A stretch of 51,482 nucleotides of DNA from Patescibacteria group bacterium (GTDB taxonomy: Bacteria > Patescibacteriota > Minisyncoccia > Portnoybacterales > UBA2143): positions 1-51,482 of the forward strand of contig JAHJQT010000059.1 of the NCBI GenBank assembly GCA_018819085.1, given 5' to 3'. How positions within the stretch are numbered: position 1 is the stretch's first letter; every line of letters begins with the position of its first letter. The notes under the pieces were generated by a model. It had not been told where the DNA came from and made no database searches. It was given only the letters and a program-made list of their open reading frames with translations. The translations under genes and the position numbers were made by a program. Below are positions 36,045-44,860 of the stretch, one piece after another.

Positions 36045-36429
36045 ATTTGTCTTCCCATGGTATAGCAATACCTAAAGGATCATCTTCGTATTTTACTTCA
36101 TCCTCCTTATTAACTTGATCATCTCCAAAAGCTGAAAACAATGCCTGACTAATAATATACTCCCTTATTTTCCTATTATTCTTAGATAAATTAATTCTGA
36201 CAGTATAATTTAAAAGTTCATTCAAAAACTCGCCTTTAAGATTTTTTAATTGCTTTTCGTTTAATTTATTTTTTCCTTTTAAAGATACCTCTATTTTTCT
36301 AGATGATTTATTATCTAAAAATAAATATGCTTTATCAAGAAAAACATAAGCTGCTCCATAAAGAGCTTCCTTAGGATAATTCTGAAGATCAAAAACAAAC
36401 CTTATAGTATTATTTCTTAAATCTACCAT
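35992..36429 (-). CDS. HxsD-like protein
   Basis: EFLNELLNYTVRINL resembles the LLNDYxLRE signature that, as I recall, names the HxsD family model. It lies immediately upstream of the HxsB-like rSAM. Confidence 0.5.
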   Translation of the reverse strand: MVDLRNNTIRFVFDLQNYPKEALYGAAYVFLDKAYLFLDNKSSRKIEVSLKGKNKLNEKQLKNLKGEFLNELLNYTVRINLSKNNRKIREYIISQALFSAFGDDQVNKEDEVKYEDDPLGIAIPWEDKYGEKTEKTIKKQNRKTA

Positions 36430-36432
36430 ATA

Positions 36433-37203
36433 TTAATTGTTCTCTCCGAGCACTACTATGCGCAATAATTTAGAAACTATTTCTTCATTCACATCGTCAA
36501 AGCCAATAAAAACAGAAATTGAATCTCCATCATTAAAATCTGTTAAACTAATACTCTTTTCTCCAACATTTTCAAAACTTTCAGAAAGAGTTATCTCTAT
36601 TGGAATTATTCCATCTACCATCTTAATGGACCTTATATTGTCTTTATCATTTGACTTAAAATATAATAAGCCGCTTTCTATTTTCTGAAAAACACCGTCA
36701 ATAATCTCTTTGTTTTGAATGATACTAGGATTGTCAGCACTAACAACCGCTCCTTTTACTATTATGCGAGATATTCCAACAACATCTTCTTCTTCAGTAG
36801 AACTATTAGATCTCACAACAACTGAAATCTGATCTCCATTATTAAAATCTGTTAAACTAATACTCTTTTCTCCAATATTTTCAAAACTTACCGAAAAAGT
36901 TACTTCTGCAAAAACTGCATCATCTGCTATTTTAATTGACGTTACTTCATCTTTATCTTTAGGTTGAAAGTATAATAAACTATTTTCAGTTTTCTGAAAA
37001 ACACCATCAATAATATTATTAGTCTCTACTATACATTGATCACCTTCACATTCTCCATTAATTGGTTCATCTGTTTTCTGTGAAGTATTATTATTTTGAT
37101 AATTATTATCTATAGGATTTTTATAAAAATAATAACCACCAGCAATAACAATTGCCACGACAAAAATCGCTATTGATAAAAATATAAATATTTTTTTGTT
37201 CAT
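36433..37203 (-). CDS. Membrane-anchored protein made of two ~103-aa tandem repeats
   Basis: N-terminal helix IFIFLSIAIFVVAIVIAGGYYF. The two repeats are IIDGVFQKTENSLLYFQPKDKD...GEKSISLTDFNNGDQISV and IIDGVFQKIESGLLYFKSNDKD...GEKSISLTDFNDGDSISV. Confidence 0.6.
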   Translation of the reverse strand: MNKKIFIFLSIAIFVVAIVIAGGYYFYKNPIDNNYQNNNTSQKTDEPINGECEGDQCIVETNNIIDGVFQKTENSLLYFQPKDKDEVTSIKIADDAVFAEVTFSVSFENIGEKSISLTDFNNGDQISVVVRSNSSTEEEDVVGISRIIVKGAVVSADNPSIIQNKEIIDGVFQKIESGLLYFKSNDKDNIRSIKMVDGIIPIEITLSESFENVGEKSISLTDFNDGDSISVFIGFDDVNEEIVSKLLRIVVLGENN

Positions 37204-37254
37204 AATTTAAATTCTCCTTTTTTTATTTTATATTAACTTAATTTTAACAACAAA

Positions 37255-38091
37255 TTATAAAAAAAGCAAAGCTTCAAACCAATAGAATAACTTTGAACCA
37301 AAAAACATAACTAAAATCGTTGCACCTGATAAAAATGGGCCAAATGGAATCTGAGATTTAAATCCTTTTTTGCCAAATAAAATTAAAAATATACCAACAA
37401 TTGCTCCAGAGAAAAAAGCAATTAAAAAAGCAATTAAAATATTAGGCCAGCCTAGTATTAACCCCATTAAAAAAGCTAATTTAACATCACCTAAACCCAT
37501 CCACTTACCTTTAGAAATAAGGATTAAACTTAGGAAAAAAATAGCAGGAATAAAAGCAGATAAAATATAGCTTCCAATTTCTGATATATAGATTAAACGA
37601 TATGCTAATCCAATGATTATTGCTGGAAAAACAATTTTATCAGGAATTATATAATGCCGGAGGTCATAAACAAAAATAATTATTAAAAAACAAATTATAA
37701 TTAAATAAAATGTCATCCTGAACGTTAGTGAAGGATCTAAAAGATAAAGATTCTTCGTCTGCTGACTCAGAATGACAAAGAGAAATAATAACGCAGTTAT
37801 TATTTCTACTACTGGATACTGCCAACTTATTTTCTTACTACAATATCGACACTTACCTTTTTGAATTAAAAAACTTAAAACTGGAATCAAATCATTGCAT
37901 TTTAAAACAGCCCCGCATTTGGGGCATTCAGAACGAGCAAAAAAAATAGATTTCTCTGTTTCTAACCGAAAAATTACTACATTGAGAAAACTACCAATTA
38001 TTAGACCGAAAATAAAAATAAGAAGATAAATTGAAAATATCATGAATCTAAGACAAGGAACGTCCTTAAATAAAGGACGTTCCTTAATCAA
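37255..38091 (-). CDS. pilD: Prepilin peptidase (A24 family)
   Basis: CPKCGAVLKCNDLIPVLSFL...GKCRYCSKKISWQYPVVE zinc-finger/N-methyltransferase-type region. The catalytic region has DLRHYIIPD and GLGDVKL. Confidence 0.9.
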   Translation of the reverse strand: MIKERPLFKDVPCLRFMIFSIYLLIFIFGLIIGSFLNVVIFRLETEKSIFFARSECPKCGAVLKCNDLIPVLSFLIQKGKCRYCSKKISWQYPVVEIITALLFLFVILSQQTKNLYLLDPSLTFRMTFYLIIICFLIIIFVYDLRHYIIPDKIVFPAIIIGLAYRLIYISEIGSYILSAFIPAIFFLSLILISKGKWMGLGDVKLAFLMGLILGWPNILIAFLIAFFSGAIVGIFLILFGKKGFKSQIPFGPFLSGATILVMFFGSKLFYWFEALLFL

Positions 38092-38103
38092 CTCTAAAAA
38101 CTA

Positions 38104-38553
38104 TTATGGCTGAATACAGTATGCTGGATCAGCACAAGCACATCCTTGAACTGTTCCGTCAATATCATCATCTAAAGCTTGATTACTAGTATTTTCTAAT
38201 GTAGCTGCTAGAACATAACCAGCTGTTGCATCAGTTGTACAATAATAATAAGTATTATTCCCTGGATCTGTTGGTACTGAAGTCATATAACCACCAGCTT
38301 CTAAAGCAGTATCCATTGCCGCCCAAGTTGTGGCTGGATATGAAGGAGTACTCTGGTTATCATAATACATTTCATTTGCTAATGCTACTTGTCTTAAATC
38401 AGCAATTCTGCGTGTATCACGAGCTTTTTCTCTAGCAGTATTCAATGATACTAATACGATAGTAGCTAAAATTCCAATAATAGCAATAACTACTAATAAT
38501 TCAATTAAAGTAAAACCTTTTTCACCTTTTTTTCTACTAAAAAACTTTAACAT
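38104..38553 (-). CDS. Type IV pilin (likely major pilin)
   Basis: I prefer the ATG at 38551-38553, which is preceded by AAGGGGGTG at SD distance. The ORF track extends to 38595. The N-terminus is [37 protein letters not shown]. Confidence 0.85.
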   Translation of the reverse strand: MLKFFSRKKGEKGFTLIELLVVIAIIGILATIVLVSLNTAREKARDTRRIADLRQVALANEMYYDNQSTPSYPATTWAAMDTALEAGGYMTSVPTDPGNNTYYYCTTDATAGYVLAATLENTSNQALDDDIDGTVQGCACADPAYCIQP

Positions 38554-38611
38554 CTTTTTCACCCCCTTTCGTTTAAATATAATTTTAATATTCAATACTT
38601 AATTCCGACCT

Positions 38612-39817
38612 TTAAAATGCTCCTGCTAAATTATAAATAGGCATAAATACAGCAAATACTAAAACAGCTACTCCTATTGCAAGAACAACAATCAAAACCG
38701 GTTCTATTAACTGACTTAAATTATTTACTATATTCTCAACCTCTTTATTATAAAAATCGCTTAATTTTTCTAAAACCATATTTAATTTTCCTGTTTTTTC
38801 TCCAGTTCTAATCATTTGGCAAAATAATGGTGGGAATTGTTTATGTTTATCTAATTCAGAACTAATACTTTTCCCTGCCTTTACTCCTTCTTTTGCTTTC
38901 TCAAGAATCTTTCTAAAAATAATATTACCAACAACATTACCTGAAATAGTTAGTCCTTCAATAATAGGAACGCCTCCTTTTATTAAGGCATATAAAGTAT
39001 CAGCTAATCTTGCTAAATAAGTTTTTTGGAGAATTTTTCCAAAAATAGGAATTCTTAATACCAACCTATCCCAGAAAAATTTACCTTTACTTGTCTTTAA
39101 ATATCTCCATAAAAATCCTCCTCCAATTAAAAGTGCAATTACAACAATCCAACCAAAACCTCTTACGAAATCACTCGCAGCGATAATTATTTTAGTCGGT
39201 ATTGGTAAATCTTGTCCGCTTTCAATTAGAATAGAAGTTAATTGAGGGATTACCATAACTAAAACTAAAACACCAACAATCATAAATGTAGCAAAAATAA
39301 AAGCAGGATAAATCATTGCCCCTCTAACTCTAGAAACTAGGTAATATTCTTTTTCAAGATAATTAGACAAATAAATTAATGACTCTTGGAGACGACCAGA
39401 TACCTCTCCTGTTTTAATTAGATTTACACAGAAATTTGAAAAAACTTTTGGATATTTAGCTAATGCTTTTGAAAAAGAAGTTCCTCCATCAACATCGTTT
39501 GCAATATTAAAAAGAGTTTCTTCAAATGCAGGATTATCTGTTTGTTGGCCAAGAGCTCTTAAAGACTCAATTAAAGGAACATCAGCTTCAATTAAAATAG
39601 CCAACTGTCTAAAAAAAATAAAAACTTCTTTCCTTTTAACTTTTTCAAAAAATTTTATACGTTTTGTTAATAAAAACGCTTTTTCGGAAGATTTTAACTT
39701 TAAAATAACTAAATCATTACCGTGAAGCACTTTTAAAGCAGCTGTTTGATCAGGAGCTTTTATAGTTCCTGTTTGTGTTTCTCCATCTTTTGTACGTGCC
39801 AAATAATTAAATTTCAT
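38612..39817 (-). CDS. pilC: Type IV pilus platform protein (GspF/PilC family)
   Basis: 401 aa with the duplicated T2SS-F architecture, three hydrophobic segments, and context between pilT and a pilin. Confidence 0.85.
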   Translation of the reverse strand: MKFNYLARTKDGETQTGTIKAPDQTAALKVLHGNDLVILKLKSSEKAFLLTKRIKFFEKVKRKEVFIFFRQLAILIEADVPLIESLRALGQQTDNPAFEETLFNIANDVDGGTSFSKALAKYPKVFSNFCVNLIKTGEVSGRLQESLIYLSNYLEKEYYLVSRVRGAMIYPAFIFATFMIVGVLVLVMVIPQLTSILIESGQDLPIPTKIIIAASDFVRGFGWIVVIALLIGGGFLWRYLKTSKGKFFWDRLVLRIPIFGKILQKTYLARLADTLYALIKGGVPIIEGLTISGNVVGNIIFRKILEKAKEGVKAGKSISSELDKHKQFPPLFCQMIRTGEKTGKLNMVLEKLSDFYNKEVENIVNNLSQLIEPVLIVVLAIGVAVLVFAVFMPIYNLAGAF

Positions 39818-39832
39818 ATTATATTAATTAAT

Positions 39833-40903
39833 TTATTTATTGAGTAATATTTTTAATTCGGAAATATTATTTGAATTTAATTCAGCATTTTCTCTAGAAA
39901 TAAGTCCTCGTTCAACTAAATCAACTAATGAACGATTTAATGAAATCATTCCTTGATCTGAACTAGTCTCAATAACTATATCTATTTGATGTGTTTTCCC
40001 TTCACGAATCAAATTCCTAACAGCTGAATTAGCTACCATTACTTCAACAGCGTTAATTACACTTCCTTCTGTAGATGGGATAAGACGTCTAGAAATAATA
40101 CCAAGAATATTTGAAGATAATTGCATTCTAATTTGACTTTGTTGGTGTGGTGGAAAACTATCAATAATTCTCTCTATTGTTTGTGCAGCATTATTAGTAT
40201 GTAAAGTAGTAAAAACTAAATGACCAGTTTCAGCTGCTGTTACAGCACTGCTAATTGTTTCAGGATCACGCATCTCTCCAATCATAATAACATCAGGATC
40301 TTGTCTAAAAACTTCTCTAAGTCCACGATGAAAATTTTGAACATCTTGTCCAACTTCTCTCTGATCAATAAGACATTTATCTTGCTTAAAAATATATTCA
40401 ACAGGATCTTCAATAGTCACAATATGATCATAACGATTATGATTTATTTCATCAATCATAGCTGCTAAGGCAGCAGATTTTCCATGACCTGAAGGTCCAA
40501 CCATTAAAAAGAATCCTTGTGTAGCTTTAGCAAATTGATAACAAATTTGCGGTAAACTTAACTCTTCAATCGTCCTTATTTTTTTAGGAATTAATCTTAA
40601 GCTTACGCTGATATTACCCATTTGATGATAGGCATTAACCCTAAAACGAGCTTTATCTTTATATCCAAAAGATAAATCAATATCCCTCTGACTTAAAAAT
40701 TTTTCTTTATTTTCTTCTGAAAGAATACTAAATGCAAAACCTTTAGTATCTTCTTCCATTAAATCAGAACCTTTCCCTAAATGAGTTAATGAACCGTTTA
40801 TTCTATAAAATGGTTGTTTGCCAGGAGAAAGATGTATATCTGTAGCGTCATTTTCTATTGCTATATCAAGTATTTTTTCAAGTTCTTTTTTATAATCATT
40901 CAT
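39833..40903 (-). CDS. pilT: Twitching-motility retraction ATPase
   Basis: Walker A GPSGHGKS, Asp box, His box TGHLVFTTLHT, and the PilT signature AVRNLIREGKTHQI. Confidence 0.9.
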   Translation of the reverse strand: MNDYKKELEKILDIAIENDATDIHLSPGKQPFYRINGSLTHLGKGSDLMEEDTKGFAFSILSEENKEKFLSQRDIDLSFGYKDKARFRVNAYHQMGNISVSLRLIPKKIRTIEELSLPQICYQFAKATQGFFLMVGPSGHGKSAALAAMIDEINHNRYDHIVTIEDPVEYIFKQDKCLIDQREVGQDVQNFHRGLREVFRQDPDVIMIGEMRDPETISSAVTAAETGHLVFTTLHTNNAAQTIERIIDSFPPHQQSQIRMQLSSNILGIISRRLIPSTEGSVINAVEVMVANSAVRNLIREGKTHQIDIVIETSSDQGMISLNRSLVDLVERGLISRENAELNSNNISELKILLNK

Positions 40904-41276
40904 TATTTTTTGATTTTAAGACCTCTTTTACCTTGGCTACAACAGCTGTTGGTGTAAAATGAGCTTTTATAATATATTCATCAGCTCCCAAAGAAAGACC
41001 TTTTTCTATTTCATTTTTTTGACCAAGATTTGTCAAAAGAATTATTGGAATATCTTGCAGTTCTTTATCTTTTTTAGTATTTTCTAATATTTCAAATCCA
41101 TCCATCTTAGGTAACACAATATCCAAAAGAACTAAATCGGGTTTAATATTTTTAATTTTATCCATACCTTGCTTTCCATCAACAGCTACCTCTACTTCAA
41201 ACCCATCTTGAGTTAATTTAGTTGAGTACATTTCACTAAGAAATGAATCATCTTCAATAATTAATATTTTTTTCAT
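40896..41276 (-). CDS. Single-domain response regulator (CheY-like receiver)
   Basis: MKKILIIEDD, phospho-acceptor context DLVLLDIVLPKMDG, and conserved LTN...K. 126 aa with no output domain. It overlaps the pilT start by 8 nt. Confidence 0.85.
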   Translation of the reverse strand: MKKILIIEDDSFLSEMYSTKLTQDGFEVEVAVDGKQGMDKIKNIKPDLVLLDIVLPKMDGFEILENTKKDKELQDIPIILLTNLGQKNEIEKGLSLGADEYIIKAHFTPTAVVAKVKEVLKSKNNE

Positions 41277-41296
41277 AATCTATAATAATTTAATAT

Positions 41297-41713
41297 TTAT
41301 GGTCCTACTGAATTAAGACCTGCTGGATGTCCTTGAATTGAATCTGTCTCTAAATAGTATTGTATCACATAATCACTACCTTGTGTAGATTGATAATAAT
41401 ATTTATAGGTTACTCCACCCATTACATCATTAATAGGATCAGCTGGAACTCCATTGATACCACCATCACTTTCCAAATCTGTTGACATTGAATCACTTCC
41501 AGTAATATATCCATCGAAAATAGGAAATACTTGATTATTATTATTATACATTGCTAATCCTTCTTGAATAGATTTTATATCAGTAACTCTGCGCGTATCT
41601 CGGCTTTTTGATTTAATACCATCAACGCTAAATAAAACTATCGCAGCTAAAAGACCAAGAATAGCTACTACAACAAGAAGTTCAATTAATGTAAATCCCT
41701 TATTTTTTATCAT
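41297..41713 (-). CDS. Type IV pilin-like protein
   Basis: N-terminus [30 protein letters not shown]. Confidence 0.85.
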   Translation of the reverse strand: MIKNKGFTLIELLVVVAILGLLAAIVLFSVDGIKSKSRDTRRVTDIKSIQEGLAMYNNNNQVFPIFDGYITGSDSMSTDLESDGGINGVPADPINDVMGGVTYKYYYQSTQGSDYVIQYYLETDSIQGHPAGLNSVGP

Positions 41714-41719
41714 ATTTTA

Positions 41720-43345
41720 TTATTCCTCAACAACCCTAATAACTTCTTCAAAAGAAACAACGCCTTGTAAAATCTTATAAATTCCGTCTTGCTTCATTGT
41801 TATCATACCTTGTCTTAGAGCTTCTTCTTTTAGACTAGCATCGCTTAATTCTTTATTTATTATTATTTTTTCTAATTGAGGAGTCATAATTATTATTTCA
41901 TAAATTGCTATTCGACCTTTTACCCCTTTATTTCCACAAAGACTACATCCTTTTTTCTTATAAATTTTAAATGGTCTTTTCCATTCAAATTCTTTTTTTC
42001 TTTCTATACTTAATTTTTCTATTTCTTTTTCTATTACTTCAGATATTTCAGGAGGAGCTTCTATTTCTTCTTTACATTTATCACAAAGACGCCTTACTAA
42101 TCGCTGTGCAATAGATAAATTTAAAGCATTAGGCAAAAGAAAAGAATTTATATTTAAATCTATCAAGCGTGGAACAACTCCAGATGCGTCATTAGTATGC
42201 AAAGTAGAAAGAAGAATATGTCCTGTTAAGGAAGCATGTATTGCTAAGCTAGCTGTTTCTTCATCTCTTATTTCTCCTACCATTATAATATCAGGATCCT
42301 GTCTAAGAATATGCCTTAACCCTGAAGCAAAACTATAATCTATTTCTGGTCTAATTTGAGATTGATTAATTCCTTCAATAAAATATTCAACAGGATCTTC
42401 TAAGCTTACAATATTAACCGCTTCTTGATTTAATTTGTTTAAAATAGAATAAAGTGTTGTTGTTTTCCCAGACCCAGTAGGACCAGTTATTAAAATCATC
42501 CCAAAAGGTTTTTTAATAGTACTTTCTAATGTTTTTAAATTATATCCATGTAATCCTAACTCAGGAAAAGTTTTTAAACCAACATTAGGATCTAAAACTC
42601 TTAAAACAACTTTTTCTCCATTAGCTGTAGGTAAAGTTGAAACACGAAAATCAATCTTAATTCCGCCAACCATTGTATGAAAACGTCCATCTTGAGGTAT
42701 TCTTGTTTCATCAATTTTTAAATTAGAAAGTATTTTAATTCTTGAAACTATAGATGAATGGACATCTTTTGGAAGAATAAGACTGTTGTAAAGAATACCA
42801 TCAACTCTAAAACGAATTTTAAGACTATCTTTTGCAGCCTCAATATGAATATCAGACGCTCTGCCTTCAACAGCATGCTTCAACATAACAGCCACTATTT
42901 TAGTAATCGGAGCATCAGCAACAATACTACTGACTCTATCTTCTACTTTCTCCTTTTTATAACCAACCTCTTTGTCTGATTCTAATTCTTTATCTAATTC
43001 TTTAAGAGCTTTCTTGACTTCTCCTCCAAGAGTTCGATATTGCTTTAAAACTTTATTAATATCCTCTTCTGAAATAACAAATATTTTACTTTCTATCTTA
43101 TTCCTTCGCGTAATAAATCTTAAAGCTTCTTTTGCTTTAAGATCACTCGGATCAACCATTCCAACTTCAAGTAAATTTCCTTTTTTTGCTATAGGAACAA
43201 ATCTATAAAAAACAGCCGCTTCCTCAGGAATTTCTTTTAAAACCTCCTTAGGAATTTCTTTCCCTAGTAAATTTATAAAAGGAAACTTTATTTCTTCTTC
43301 GGTTATTTTAATTTCTTTTTTTATATTTTTTTTATTAGCAACCAT
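41720..43345 (-). CDS. pilB: Type IV pilus assembly ATPase (GspE/PilB family)
   Basis: Walker A GPTGSGKTTT, His box TGHILLSTLHT, and tetracysteine CDKC...CSLC. I prefer the ATG at 43343-43345 (MVANKK). The track start at 43411 would overlap the upstream gene by 53 nt. Confidence 0.9.
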   Translation of the reverse strand: MVANKKNIKKEIKITEEEIKFPFINLLGKEIPKEVLKEIPEEAAVFYRFVPIAKKGNLLEVGMVDPSDLKAKEALRFITRRNKIESKIFVISEEDINKVLKQYRTLGGEVKKALKELDKELESDKEVGYKKEKVEDRVSSIVADAPITKIVAVMLKHAVEGRASDIHIEAAKDSLKIRFRVDGILYNSLILPKDVHSSIVSRIKILSNLKIDETRIPQDGRFHTMVGGIKIDFRVSTLPTANGEKVVLRVLDPNVGLKTFPELGLHGYNLKTLESTIKKPFGMILITGPTGSGKTTTLYSILNKLNQEAVNIVSLEDPVEYFIEGINQSQIRPEIDYSFASGLRHILRQDPDIIMVGEIRDEETASLAIHASLTGHILLSTLHTNDASGVVPRLIDLNINSFLLPNALNLSIAQRLVRRLCDKCKEEIEAPPEISEVIEKEIEKLSIERKKEFEWKRPFKIYKKKGCSLCGNKGVKGRIAIYEIIIMTPQLEKIIINKELSDASLKEEALRQGMITMKQDGIYKILQGVVSFEEVIRVVEE

Positions 43346-43358
43346 AACTTTAATTTTA

Positions 43359-43667
43359 CTAAAAAGGATTAGTTGTGCCTTTTTCAATTTCTCCAGAAGG
43401 CCGTACTCCATAAATATTAAGATCTTCCAAATAATCTAAAAAATTAACATCAAAACTTATTTCATTTATAGTTTTATCAAGTAGATATAATCTATTTTCT
43501 TCTGAAACAGAATTTGAAGGACTATTGTATTTTGAAGAATTAGAAATGCCAAAATAAACAACAAAAATAATGATGATGATTATAAGGAATAAAATAATTA
43601 TCATGATTTTTTGTTTTTTTTCTTTAAAAAGAGATAAACTGTCTTTGAGAAAATTATTAAAATTCAT
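43359..43667 (-). CDS. Small single-pass membrane protein in the pilMNO operon (PilP-position; function unverified)
   Basis: One hydrophobic helix (IMIIILFLIIIIIIFVVYF). The call rests on operon position only. Confidence 0.4.
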   Translation of the reverse strand: MNFNNFLKDSLSLFKEKKQKIMIIILFLIIIIIIFVVYFGISNSSKYNSPSNSVSEENRLYLLDKTINEISFDVNFLDYLEDLNIYGVRPSGEIEKGTTNPF

Positions 43668-43669
43668 AT

Positions 43670-44269
43670 TTATTTATAATAAACGTTTATACCTAAATTA
43701 AATTCAAAAATTCCTGAATCACCAAATAAATTTCGCATTGCATTATCGCTGTCAAATTTGATTGAATAAATATCCATAGAACGTACATTTTTTTCTAATG
43801 CATCAATATAATTAGTAAAAGCACTGTAAGAACCGACTATCTTGATTGAAATAAATGAATTTGGAAATGTAAAAAGTATTTTCTTCGATTCATTTAATTC
43901 ATTATAATCCTCAATATTTCTAATAAAATCCTTTTTTTCTTTTTTACTAATTTCTCCAAATTCTATTGATTCCAATAAAAGACCGTTATTTAATGCTAGT
44001 TTTTCAAATTGGACCAGTAACTGAGGAAGATCTTTTTCTTCAGGTAAGGCCAAAAGAATTTTTTCAACCTCTTCAGATACATTATTATAATTTTGACTTA
44101 TTTTTTCAACTTTATCTAAAAGTTCTTTTAATTTCTCTATTTCCTGGCGCTTTTGACTTAAATCTAAATACATCACCTTTACTGAAGAGAATAAGGGGAA
44201 AATAAAAACAAACATTAAAGCCAGACTAATAATGAAACTAATTGCAGCGATGATATTTTTTTTACTCAT
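43670..44269 (-). CDS. pilO: PilO-like pilus assembly protein
   Basis: N-terminal TM helix, then a coiled-coil-like region (DLSQKRQEIEKLKELLDKVEK). Located after the pilN-like gene. Confidence 0.45.
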   Translation of the reverse strand: MSKKNIIAAISFIISLALMFVFIFPLFSSVKVMYLDLSQKRQEIEKLKELLDKVEKISQNYNNVSEEVEKILLALPEEKDLPQLLVQFEKLALNNGLLLESIEFGEISKKEKKDFIRNIEDYNELNESKKILFTFPNSFISIKIVGSYSAFTNYIDALEKNVRSMDIYSIKFDSDNAMRNLFGDSGIFEFNLGINVYYK

Positions 44270-44271
44270 AA

Positions 44272-44838
44272 TTATTCAGAATACAAAAAATCAGAATCTA
44301 TTTTTATTTTTAAATTAGAATTGACCTTTCCAGAATCATCTAAATTTACTCCAGAAAGATCTACATTTTTTATACGAGAATCATCTTCTAAAACAACAAT
44401 CTGCTTCGCTAAAGTATTATAATCAATTGATTCTGTTTCAAGAACTAATTCTGCTTCTAATAAGTTAACATCTAGTCCAATAAATTTAATCTGTGGAATT
44501 GTTAATTCTTCCAATATTTTAAAAATCTTAGAAGGATAAACATGAACCTTTGCAATCTGTTTAAAATCTTCTATTTTTATTTTTAAGTTTGCAAAACTAG
44601 CTTCTAATTCAAAATTTCTTTGACTTTGCAATTCTTCTATTTCTGTAATTGATGTATCTATATCACGAGATAAATATATCTTATATCCCCACAATCCTAA
44701 ACAAAGAATAATTATTAACAATAATAATGATAAAGAAAATAACAATAAATGATCAGAATCAATAGTAAAACCATCTCTAAAAAGACTTACCTTTTTAGAA
44801 CTTTTATGATATTTTTCTGGCATTAACTTGATGTCCAT
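44272..44838 (-). CDS. pilN: PilN-like pilus assembly protein
   Basis: MDIKLMPEKY resembles the INLLP start of PilN. It has a single TM helix and follows pilM. Confidence 0.5.
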   Translation of the reverse strand: MDIKLMPEKYHKSSKKVSLFRDGFTIDSDHLLLFSLSLLLLIIILCLGLWGYKIYLSRDIDTSITEIEELQSQRNFELEASFANLKIKIEDFKQIAKVHVYPSKIFKILEELTIPQIKFIGLDVNLLEAELVLETESIDYNTLAKQIVVLEDDSRIKNVDLSGVNLDDSGKVNSNLKIKIDSDFLYSE

Positions 44839-44860
44839 AAAATGAAATAAAAAATTAAAA

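Noticed and set aside
5346-36429. The cluster as a mobile genomic island or prophage
   Set aside because: I found no integrase, transposase, phage structural gene or flanking direct repeat at its borders. Only the small lipoprotein cassette and the comF-proximal segment show insertion signatures.
38554-38595. 5' extensions given by the ORF track for the pilin (to 38595), pilB (to 43411), the 899-aa protein (to 4217) and ACP (from 47886)
   Set aside because: In each case an internal ATG gives a canonical N-terminus (prepilin leader, signal peptide), removes an overlap with the upstream gene, or sits at proper distance from a clear SD.
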